Source: Anthoceros angustus (lineage: Eukaryota; Plantae; Anthocerotophyta). From it: DNA of 64,000 bases. The stretch is from positions 310,001-374,000 of the forward strand of contig MU008154.1 in the NCBI GenBank assembly GCA_010909165.1. The letters run 5' to 3'. Within the stretch, counting starts at the first letter, position 1. Each line of letters opens with the position of its first letter. Position numbers and translations under genes: made by a program. This document shows, in pieces, positions 11,175 to 22,146 of the stretch. Below the pieces are notes generated by a model. That model saw only the letters and a list, made by a program, of their open reading frames with translations. It did no database searches and had not been told where the DNA came from.

Positions 11175-12814
11175 ATGGTGAAATTACCAGAGGCCAGATG
11201 GCTGTTGCTAGCAGTCTGCATCATCTTCCTGGTCTCTGGATGGGGGCTGAGGATTCTGCCTGCCAGAAGCATCCGGGGCTCCTCCTGTGTAAGTTTGGTC
11301 GAATTGGACCACGCGAAGGAGCTGGAGAGAAAAAAAGGGGGTGATCATGAGCAGGTTTGTGATGGCAAGAGGATTTTTATGCACAAGCTGCCTGCTGCGT
11401 TCAACGAGCTACTGCTAGCGAATTGCACCGCCACCGAGCTGCTTCAGTCAGAGCTGTGCAGGAATCTGATGAACTATGGATTCGGGCCTGAATTCGAGTT
11501 CAAAGCGGCGGGGGATCCTCTGAGGGACCTGATTATTCCACAGGGAGCCTGGTTTCAGACGGATCAATTCAGTCTGGAACTTATCTTTCACTCCAGGCTG
11601 AAGCAATACCGGTGCTTGATAGAGGATCCGGAGCTGGCAGACCTGTTTTTTGTGCCTTACTATCCCGGGATGGATGTCATGAGGTACATCTTCACTCCCA
11701 AAGTGCAGATGCGGGATCGTGTTATGCAGCGGCTGGTTGGGTGGTTGGAGGCCAACCCTTACTGGAGGCGGCGGCAGGTGTGGTGGAACTGTCATTTGCC
11801 TGGTCCTTTGGCCCTGTACATAGTTGTTTTGTTTGAATTTGGGGGCAGCAATTCAGTGTGGTGTTTCTCTAGGGCCGGGACCACTTTCTGCTGCTCGGCA
11901 GAATCGCGTGGGACTTCGAGAGGCCAGAGGAAGCTGAAGATCGATGGGGCGGCAGCATGCTGAGTATTCCCGAGTTGAGGAATCCTACCAAGCTGCTGCT
12001 GGAGAGAGATGTGTGGAGGGAAGATCAGGTACCGATGGCATGCTTGTTTTTCTTGCTACCTGGATTTCTGTGAGCTGCTTCCTGTACCAACGGCGTGTAT
12101 ATGTTTTAGGTGGCGATTCCTTATCCAACAGCCTTCCATCCGAGGTCGATGAAAGATGTCAGGCAGTGGCAAGCTGTGGTTGAAAACTCGTCCCGGCCAT
12201 ACAGAGTGTCTTTTGTGGGCGGCTCCAGAGGGTCTGACTCACAGCCAATTCATATCCGGACCGCGGTGCTGGGGCAATGCGAGGAATCTGCGAACTGTAC
12301 ACTGTTCCTCTGCCGTAGGGACGTGGATTGTAGCCCACAATCGCACCAGGAATTGATAGCACGAATCTACCTCAAGTCTGTGTTCTGCTTGCAACCGCCG
12401 GGAGACTCACCCACCAGGAAGGCCATCTTTGACTCCATGATTGCAGGATGCATACCCGTGTTCGTTAACCCACAATCCGCGTACAAGCAGTACATTTGGC
12501 ACCTGCCTGATGGGGATGAATATTCGGTCCTTTACACTGAGGGGGACATCCTGGGACCGCCGGGGTTCAATATATTAGAGGCCATAGCAGCCATCCCTGA
12601 GGAGAAGGTCAAGAGAATGCAAAAGAACATCTTGCGTCTGATGCCTCAGCTGGTGTATGCAAATGGACTGGTAGGAGTAGGAGCAGCTGGAGTACAAGGT
12701 CCGACCATAGCAGAGAGTAAAGAGGGGCCAAGTGGCACATCTGTAGACTTCAAAGATGCCTTTGATATCATTCTTGAAAGATTACTGCAAAGGGTACGGG
12801 CACAAGATTCCTAG
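11175..12814 (+). CDS. GT47 (exostosin) xyloglucan galactosyltransferase-like, MUR3/XLT2 group; 3 exons (11175-11777, 11873-12028, 12110-12814)
   Basis: N-terminal TM anchor, then TDQFSLELIFHSRL, LFFVPYYPG, GRDHFLLLGRIAWDF, AIPYPTAFHP, FCLQPPGDSPTRKAIFDSMIAGCIPVF and AYKQYIWHLP. Both introns are GT-AG and phase-consistent. Confidence 0.93.
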
Positions 12815-13234
12815 CTGGGTGCTGCGGATGGAATGGTACTTAGCAAAGGGAAGACAATGCAGCCAGCATAAGAGGCTGCAGAAGCAGAGGAAGGTAGAGG
12901 TCCAGCTACCCATCATACCAAAAAATCCGTAACAAGAAGAGCTCAGGTGTGGACTCTGCGCTGAAGCTAAATTTCTGTACAGTAGCAAAATTGCAGAGAA
13001 GTCTGCAATCTTTCCAGACTTCTCTCAAAACTGAAGTGGATGGACCCAGCGAGGACGATGCCCACCCTGCTTGCAAGACAATTATTCTCCTTGCTTCACA
13101 CGGGGTGGCAACAAGGTGGAGGTGCCTGCAAGCAGGCACACCAGCAGAGTCACGTATTAGAAGATGGCAGAACTTTGGAAAGCCGAATGAACAATCTCAA
13201 CAGGCGAAGACTGCTAGCAACAAACCTGTGGCTT

Positions 13235-14015
13235 TCACAATGTAGGGGCAAAATCGCGGAGTAAAGCGGCCATCTCGATAGCAGTGATGGCCGCTTCAGC
13301 TCCTTTGTTTCCTGCCTTTCCCCCAGCTCTGTCAATGGCCTGCTCCATATTGTCGCAGGTGAGGACGCCGAAAATGCATGGAACCCCCGTGCTCAGGCCT
13401 GCGTTCATGATCCCAGAGGCCGCAGAGTTTGCAACTGCATCGTAGTGCGAGGTGGCTCCCCTGATCACAGCTCCGATGCACAGGACAGCCTGGTACTTCC
13501 CAGACCGGGCCACAGCCTGAGCCACAACGGGGATCTCGAAGCTCCCTGGCACCCACACCACCACCACATCCTCCTCGCTAACCCCGTACCTGGCGAACGT
13601 CTCCAGCGCCCCTGCTAGCAGCGGCTTGGTGATGATCTCGTTGAAACGCGCTGCAACGATGGCAAACCGGAGCCCAGCTCCGCGCAAGACGGACCCGGTA
13701 ACCTCCGTCACCGCCGTGGCTTGCAAGCTCCAGCCGGCCCTTTCTCCGTTCCGCCCAGAGCTCACACGCTGCCAGGACGCGCATTGCATCAAGCCCGCAA
13801 TAAGCATCGAGATGCAACATGGGTGAAACCGGTTTGTCCCCCCACACTACCTTCGGTTTGGAGCTGCCCAAAGGCACGTTGGCAGCGCGCACTGAAGCAA
13901 TCCGACCCACATTGCCAGGGCTGCGCAGCGTCTGTGGCTGGGGCTGGCCTTGTCTCTCCTTCAGCACCTGGCGTGAGGGCAGGAAGGCGGAAGCGAGTCT
14001 GGACACGGCCGCCAT
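13235..14015 (-). CDS. ribH: 6,7-dimethyl-8-ribityllumazine synthase, plastid-targeted; 2 exons (14015-13851, 13768-13235)
   Basis: [36 protein letters not shown] and [13 protein letters not shown] are present. Transit-peptide exon [12 protein letters not shown]... joins in frame through an 82-nt GT-AG intron. Confidence 0.96.
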
Positions 14016-14635
14016 CGCCGCTCTGCTGCAGCTGCGGGATTATGTCTTTCTCTGCTGCTGCCTAGAGTATCTATTAAACCTCAAAACTAGGGGTTTTCCG
14101 GATCCGCAATCGTGCCGATATGGCGCCCCAGGACCCGAGCTGCCAGGCGGAGCGTTGGGTCGTGGGCGGCATGGTCAAGTTGGGTTGTGGGCACCGGGCT
14201 GTGCAAGAGTAGGCAGGGATTATGGGGAAGAAGAAATGTAATTGGGACAGCGTCGAGGAAGGAGAGCTTGTGTGGAAGAGGAGGAGGAAGGGTGAGCTGG
14301 AATGGCCCAGTAATGGTTTCCAGCCGTGTGCAGAATCTGGGCTGCCCACAGCAAGATAAAGTGGTTGGGGCAGTTTGCTGAGAAGGGTGCATAGCAAAGC
14401 ATAATTCAAAGCTCACGAGGAGGATCCAAGCCGGATCTTCCTGCTCTTCTGGATCTCTTTCAGGTGGAATCAGCTTCCGTTCTGGTTTGCCGGGGCTGCG
14501 TTGATAAGGTAAGGAAGGCTTTGATAGGATGGAAGTGAGACAGATTCTGACATGCTTGTTGTTGTTTCTTTTCAGCCAGAGACGTTGCGAGAATTTTGAG
14601 TAGTAGCCGGCCTGGTACCGCTATGGTTCCCAGCC

Positions 14636-17552
14636 ATGTGGGCAGCGTACCGCTTGTCAAGAATCTGGGTTGCTCACAGCAAGATTAAGTTGCCGGTGCA
14701 CTTTTCTGGGAAAGAGTGTGTCAGTAGGCATAATTCAAGCACGAGGAGATACTATTCTGCACATCCCGATTCTCCTGAATCCCTCACAGGTGGAATGAAC
14801 TTCCGGCTGGGTTCGGATGGGCTGCATTGTGTCATTAAGGAAGGCCTAGAGTCGTTTCACGGGATTGACGGGAAAGGCAGGTTCTCACATTGTTGTTCGA
14901 TGTCTTTTCTTTTCAGCGAGTGACGTTCCCAGAAATTTGAATAGCAAGGATGGCAAGCATTTACAGCCCGGTCGCCCAAAGAAGAAAGAGCAGCGGGGAT
15001 CTCTGAAAATTGCGAGTGTACTTGGGATCTTGAGCAAGGCGGGTGGGGATCCTAATGCACCACAGCTTCGTGGGCGCTCTATCGCTAGATTGAGTCCCTA
15101 TCAAATCTGTCTTGTGCTGAAGAAGGAAACTGATTTAAACCTGGCATGGGGATTTTTCAAGTGGGCTGCGAAACAAAAGGGTTACAAGCACAATGCTCGT
15201 ACATATACACTGATGATCAAACTTCTGGGCGTCGCTCAGAGGTATGATGAGATGTGGGGTTTATTGAATGAGATGTGGAGGCAAGCTCGTGATATAGGCG
15301 ATGTAACATTCACAACTGTGCTGATGAGCTATGCCAGAGTAAACAGGCTAGCTGCTGTCCTGGAGGCCTTTGATCGCATCATGAACATGGGGGTTCAGCC
15401 AAGTGTTGTTGTCTTCAATTGTCTGATAGGCCTGCTTGTCAAACGAAATCAGCACAGCACTGCTCAGCTGATCTATCAGCGGATGCTTAAAGCAGGGTGT
15501 GTGCCAGATGAATCCACATATGCTAGCCTCATTGTTAGTTCGTGTCGGGTGGGTGAAGTCTCTACAGCGATCAGGTTATTTGAGAACATGAAAGAAGCAG
15601 ATCTGACCTTAGGAGTTGCCGCGGTGGGTGCACTAATTAGCGGATATGTGGATTCTGGGAGATTTACCGATGCCTTGCATCTGTTTCGAGAAGAAAAGAG
15701 ATACCAAACTGTTGTAAACTACACTACTTTAATTGCTGGGTTTGAGAAAGCAGGGTGTGTGCAGGAGGCTCACAGCTTGCTTCTAGAAATGAAAGCGGGA
15801 GATATCTGTTTGGATGAACCTGCATACACAACTCTTGTCAAATTCCTTGTAAGGCAGAGGGAAGTCGCCGGGGCCATGAAGCTTTTTGAAGAGGCAAAAG
15901 TGAAAGGCTGCCTTCTCACTGAGGGTTTCTATTATGCCTTGGTCGATGGGCTGATTAAGGTCAATGCATGGACAGAAGCTGGCAAGCTTCTCATGGACAT
16001 GATACGAACTGGCGTCAAATTGGATCCAGCCATTTGCGATGCTGTCCTCTGTGGTCTTTGCAAGACAGGCAAGGGTTACGAAGCATGTCAGCTTCTCAAT
16101 GAGATGCGACAATACAGAACTCTGTTACATGAAATAGCGTACAACGCCCTTATTGTTCATTTTGCTGAAGCGGATCAGATTGAAGCAGCTTCCCAGCTGG
16201 TGGCGGAGATGGAAGTCATGAATTTTGATGACAAGTCAATACCGTACGATGTCATGCTAGTTGCTCATGTCAGAACTGGACAATTAGATATGGCCCTTCG
16301 TTCTAGTCGCAAGATGGCAGGAAAAGGGAGTTCTGAGGTGGTGTGCTGTTACAACACCATGCTGAAAGCGCTTACGGAAGCAGACAGGTTACCTGATGCC
16401 TTGAGGGTGTTTGGCGACATGAAGGTTCGAGGAAACTGTCTGAGCAGGTTGTCGTACAATATTCTAATCCATGGTTTCTGCAAGTTGGGTTTGATGCATG
16501 AAGCGGTTAGGCTCTTTGAGGAAATGAAGATGCAGGGCTTCGCCCCAAACATTGTCTCGTACAATACCTTGATAGCTGGTTTCGTCAAGCTTAATGAAGC
16601 CCTGCATGTTTACTACATGTTTGAAGACATGAAAGCCAAGGGAATCTCTCCGGATGTTGTAACCTACAACACAATTCTCCCACTTCTGCTCAAATCAGCA
16701 GATTCTCACAAGGCTTGCCAACTGTTATCCATGATGGAGAAGCAGGGCATATCCCCAGACGTCGTGACCTATACTTGCATGATTGACAGGCTCGGAAAGG
16801 CTGGAAAGTTGAAAGAAGCTTCAAGACTCTTCTTTATAATGATAAGTGAGGGCCTTGTACCTAATGTGATGACCTGTGGTTCCCTCATGCATGGACTCTG
16901 CATGTCAGGCAACGTGTTAGCAGCTGAAGGAATCTTTGGAGACATGAAAAGAAATGGGCTTACCTGTAACCATGTCATCTACAATATCTTGCTTGCTGGA
17001 CATTGCAAGACTGGTCACCTAGACAAAGCATGGTCTGTAGTTCACAGAATGCGGCAAGATGGATATCCTGAAGACCCTCACACCTATAGCACGTTGATAA
17101 GTGGACTTGCCAAAGCGAGCAGACCGCAACTGGCAAGTGCAGTGTTCGAGGACTTGAAGGAAATCGGATACAAACCAAACATTGTGATGTACAATGCCCT
17201 GATCGATGCACAAAGAAAGGCAGGTCAAATGTATGAAGCCTGCAGATCCTTCAGAGATCTAGAGGAAATTGGACTTATCCCAAGTATTTGCGGTTACAAC
17301 ACCCTTATTGCTGGGTTCTGTGAAGCAGATCAGGTGAAAGAGGCTTGCAAGATTCTTTTGCAAATGCAGAACAATAATTGTGCTCCTGATGTGATCTCCT
17401 ACACATCAATTATTCATGCTTACGGAAAATCAGGCCAGCAAGGTGACGCTTTGAGGTATTTAGCAGAGATGAAAAAGCAGGGATGTGCTCCAGATTCTGC
17501 AGCAATGAGTGTTTTACACCGTTGTGTCTGGCAAACCAAAGAGCCTGGTTGA
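14636..17552 (+). CDS. P-class pentatricopeptide repeat protein (~929 aa), probably mitochondrial; 2 exons (14636-14789, 14917-17552)
   Basis: About 20 tandem 35-aa PPR motifs (e.g. PNIVSYNTLIAGF, PDVVTYTCMIDRLGKAG) follow FFKWAAKQKGYKH. Exon 1 is an Arg-rich presequence with RRYYS and joins via a phase-1 intron. Confidence 0.93.
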
Positions 17553-17972
17553 AGTGAGCGGATGTGGGAATAACATCATCAGGATATTCGTCCTTGCCAG
17601 GGTTCTTAGTCACCATCGAAGAGCTCACCTTTGTGGCAGCCAGGTCTTCATAACCTCCGGTGCTACTTTGGAGAGTGGCACACCAGGTTAGTGATGAGAG
17701 TAGTTGTCTTCTTCTCTTGTTTGCTCTATAGAATTTTTGCATGTCTCTGAAAATTGGTCCTTTTCGCTCTTGTAGTGCGGCGTTGAACTTCATTTGGAAC
17801 ATGTGTTCAAGTCTGATTTGAAGTCAACTTCGGATTTCAATGCTAGCTCTCGAACGGACTGCTTCTTGTAAATGAAAGCACCTTCTGAAGGAAGTAATAC
17901 ACAATGGAACATGTGGGACAGGGACAGAGCAGGTCTTGATCAAAATAACCTGTATTGATGTACACTGTCGGA

Positions 17973-18058
17973 GCAATCGCTGCGGAATCTCGAGAACAAC
18001 ATTGCAGCAGCGCAGACCAATCGCTGTGGACTCTTGAGAACAACATTGCAGCAACGCT
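17973..18058. repeat. ~41-bp tandem duplication
   Basis: caatcgctg(c/t)gga.tct.gagaacaacattgcagca occurs twice. Confidence 0.85.
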
Positions 18059-18400
18059 GCATATAACAATGACCTACTGGTGAAATGCCCAGTCGTGCAA
18101 TGCACGACCCCAAATAGGGACAACGAAAGGCGGCCGAGCGCCAGCATAGATGAAACGCAAGGTCATCAGGATCTAGGGTGAAATCGTAGACAGCCACAGG
18201 TTTTCGAACAACCGGGATTTCATCGGCTCTGTTTTCATAGTGATGATGGTCACCGGGAGTCGGGCAGACAAATGTAGTATGATTCTTCTCCTTGGAAAGA
18301 ATGTATAAAATGCTAAGATGTTGCCCCATGTATTGAGTAGAGCTAGATACTTAGTTTTACTCCCGATCAGGAGCTGGTCATTGATACCATACCGTATGCC

Positions 18401-18829
18401 CAAATGGCTTAGGCCAAATGGACACATTTATAAGAACGCTGTGATTAAGCATCCTGAGCTTAGATCGGTACTTAAATGGGGTGCCTAAAGGGAGTGGATG
18501 TTCTTGGTGCAAGTAGCTTAGGTACACCATGGCCAAATGGACACACATTTATAAGAACACCGTGATTAAGCATCCTGAGCTCGGTACTTAGATGGGGTGC
18601 CTAAAGGGAGTGGATGCTCTTGGTGTACTTAGATGGGGTGCCTAAAGGGAGTGGATGCTCTTGGTGTACTTAGATGGGGTGCCTAAAGGGAATGGATGCT
18701 CTTGGTGCAAGTAGCTTAGGCATACCATGGTACAAGTTGTTCAGTACCAAGTCCCATGTCGAAAATTCGTCCTTTGTATGAAGAAGGGTCGTCCTTCGTA
18801 CGAATTAAATAAAATTCTTTTACTTCTTC
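18401..18829 (+). mobile_element. Dispersed SINE-like/non-autonomous repeat copy with internal duplications and a TTC-rich tail
   Basis: Shares gtgattaagcatcctgagcttagatcggtacttagatggggtgcctaaaggg...gtaccaagtcccatg...ttaaataaaattc with three copies at 52.2-53.0 kb. An internal ~41-bp subunit is repeated three times. Confidence 0.7.
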
Positions 18830-19036
18830 ATACAAAAAATTGGGAAAACATATCAAGGAACGTGGAGATTTTATAAATATACTGAGATGGAAAGTCCCTA
18901 TCTACATCGTGGAGATTTATTTTTATAAATTTTATATTTTCGAAAAGCAAAAAAATCATAATCAATGAGCCATGAGATAATGGATAAAAATGGTGTGAGA
19001 AAAACACTCAATTTCGGCAATAGTGTGCATTTAGGA

Positions 19037-22000
19037 TTAAGCTCTCATGGAAAGGGAGGACGAGACATCAGTATATGGCATCTTTCGACCCTCTGGTTGC
19101 TTGGTGAAGTGTCGAGTCTGTAGGTAGGTTTCTAGCCTTGTCACAACAGCCCTAGCATCCGGGTCAATTTTCTTCTTTAGAGACACAAGGTACTCCCGAC
19201 CAATTATGTTCAAGATCTTGATAAATTGGACTTTGTATTCTTCAACCATCCGATAGCCTGCAATCTGCAAATCACACCACATACCGTTCTGTCACAATCA
19301 AGAAAACTGGCTTTGCAGCTATGCAGGGCATGCAAATCAGGAGCTGACCTTCAACATGGCTTCCAGTGCCGATGCTGTGAGACGATTGGCTGGTAGTGCG
19401 TTCAGTAAACTGCCACACCAAGTCCATGCAGACGCCAGTCCGTGGGGGTTTGGTTTACCACTTGCTACCTGTGTCTGTAACTACAGCGCGTCAGAAAATC
19501 TACGATCACATGAAGCACCCAGCTCAGATTCTAAACAAGGGGTTCAGAACCTCAACTTCATGACATACCTGGGTTAGAGCAGCATAGAAGGTCATATATG
19601 CACTCATTCGTGCAACATATTCATCAGTACTCTCCAACTTGTTATCCTCCTCCTTGTACCCCAGGGTCTTGTAATAATGCTCGTCACTGGAATAATTTTC
19701 CTGCAGAATCGCACACATTAGGGCCACAACAAGCAATACTCAACGGCTGCTTTTGTTGACTGTTTCAGGTACCTTTCTGTAAATGTAGTACTTTGGCACA
19801 GTGAATATGCACACTTGATTTAGCCTACCAATTACCACATCCATCAAGGAAGGGACCTGCAGATAACAGACAGCTAAGCAGTGTCATCAAGGAAGCTAGA
19901 GTTCACCTGGAGAGAAGGAGCCATTCAAATCACCAGTTGAGCAAGTGTGAAAGCAAACGCCGGACACAGATAAGCAGTGGACAGCAAGGAGGCTAGAGTG
20001 CACAAGGATAGGAGGAGCTACACACCTCGGCAGCCACATTCACCACCACTTGAGCAAGCGGGAAAGCAAATGTTGGAAGCTTCAGAACCTGAGACTCACA
20101 CTGTGACAAAAGCTGTCGATGAAACAGGGCAGCAGCCATCATAATTAGTGATTGGGCTGATGCACACCAAGTTGCAAACATACTCTTTGAAGATGGTAGG
20201 ACAGAGCATCTCACCTTGTTAGCCAATGTCATAAACAGTAACGATTGAGGTATATTTGGAGATTGCATCAACTGCGCCAACTCCAAGGATTTTTTCCTGA
20301 TGTATCACAGTGCACAGATGAATGCGTGATCTACAAGAACCAGCTATTCCAAGTACTCCTGCCAAATGATCATTTTCCTTCTTACCTCACTTGCTCCTGC
20401 GTAGCTGAGACTTGCTGCAAGATTTTAATAACACTACGCTCCAATAACTTGACATCCTGATTCCATAAGGCGGGTTATGTGTGGCAATGAGGGGTCAGAA
20501 CTCCGTCTAAGCACAGAGATCTTTTTGCACCAAGAATGCATCGCTTGATATGTAAACTGAGAATGTAGAAGGCAGGCCCACCTTCTTAAGGGCAGGATTT
20601 GACAGCAGTAGCTTGCACTCCTCTTCCACCTTTTGAAGAACTGCCATTCTCGCCTGCTCCAAAGCAGCCGCCTTCGAACTTACGCTCGCCCTACCCACAT
20701 TGCCCACAGTTTCATTTGCTGCAGGCTTTGCCAACTGGCTGGCCTGTTGAGTCTGCTTCACCTCAAGCGCCTTCTGCTTTGCCTCCAACTCTTTCTGCTT
20801 AGCGTCCAGCTGCTTCTGCTTCTCAGCAGCAGCTGCTGCTGCTTCAGCTTGTTGCTTCTCACGAAGCTCTGCTGCTGCTGCTGCTGCTGCTTCAGCTTGT
20901 TGCTTCTCTCGACGCTCAGCTGCTGCCCTCTCTGCAGCTTTCCTGGCACGTTCCTCATTTGCAGCAAACTCTTGTCTACGAGCTTCTTCCGCAGCAGCAT
21001 CATTTCGTATCTTGCGCTCTTCAACCTGAGAGCGTTGTTCATGTTCCCGTTGCACTTCACATAAATGCTGGTCGCGTGCTTCAGCTCTGCAAACCAGACA
21101 TGAAATTAGATCGTCCGGCATGGACTAGCAGCACAAGACTCATACGATTCATCGGACATGAGGCAGGGTACAAACATTGAGCGGTTATCATCTTCGTCTT
21201 TAAGGGCCAAAATTTTTAACTTCTCTCGTGCTTCACTGTCAACTTGCAAATGAGCTGCTTTCTTTCTGTCGTGTTCTTGTGACCTGGCTAGCGTCAAACT
21301 CTGCTGACTTTGTCGCGCCTCTTCCTAAAGACACAAAAAAGGACTCCGGCACTGAAGACTCTACGGAAAACGCTGCTGTGCACACCCAAATCGACGAAGC
21401 AGCCATTACCTGCACCCTGAGGCGACGCTGCGTTTCCAAATCGAGCAGCGCTGCTTCTTCTGGTTTAGTCTTTTGCAGCAGATGGTTCTCAGCAACAGGT
21501 GACCTGAACTTGACAGGAGAGCCTGCCTTGACTGGTGAAGCAGGCTCCGCACATCTGGCAAGGAGAGCATGAAAATTGAAAACAGCTGTTAGAAACCGTA
21601 ACATCCAGCTGAGATGTGCATGCAAGAGAAACCTTATTTTCACTCTCACCGTGCACTTTCGTCCACCTGCTCTGAATCTGGGATCCGAAGCCTGCTGACA
21701 ACCTCTTCCTCCCCTTCACTAATATAACAGTCATCGTCAGACACTCCAATGCGAAAACCTGGTGGCTGCCACTTATAAGTTTCCTTTAGACTCCGCCACG
21801 AGACACATTTATTCAAACATTCCTCACTCATGGGAGCATCCCGAGGCAAGGATGCCTCCTTCAATCCTGTACCGATGACCTCCAATTCATGCCGCAGATC
21901 AGATACCCCCCAGTCAGGCTGAGGATCCAATTCAAGCTGGAAACCTCCTTCACGAGGTCCGACTGTGACTGGAATCCTGGGCACCAACTCCAACCTGCCC

Positions 22001-22146
22001 TCACAAGAAAGGGCCGAGCTCTGAGGACTGTCCAACCTAGGGACAGGTTTCCGCGGGGCACCAACTGAGGCCACGTTATCTGTTCTCCTCGGCCGATGCA
22101 GCACCCGGCTGGGCCGGATGGGCCGGGTGAGATCACTCAGCGCCAT
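19037..22146 (-). CDS. GLE1: mRNA export factor GLE1, multi-exon; extra 5' exons up to ~22835 possible
   Basis: N-terminus LELDPQPDW..GFRIGVSDDD; coiled coil HLCEVQREHEQRSQVEERKIR; C-domain YYKTLGYKEED..ESTDEYVARMSAYMTFYAALTQ, PNPHGLASAWTW and PEGRKM. Confidence 0.9.
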
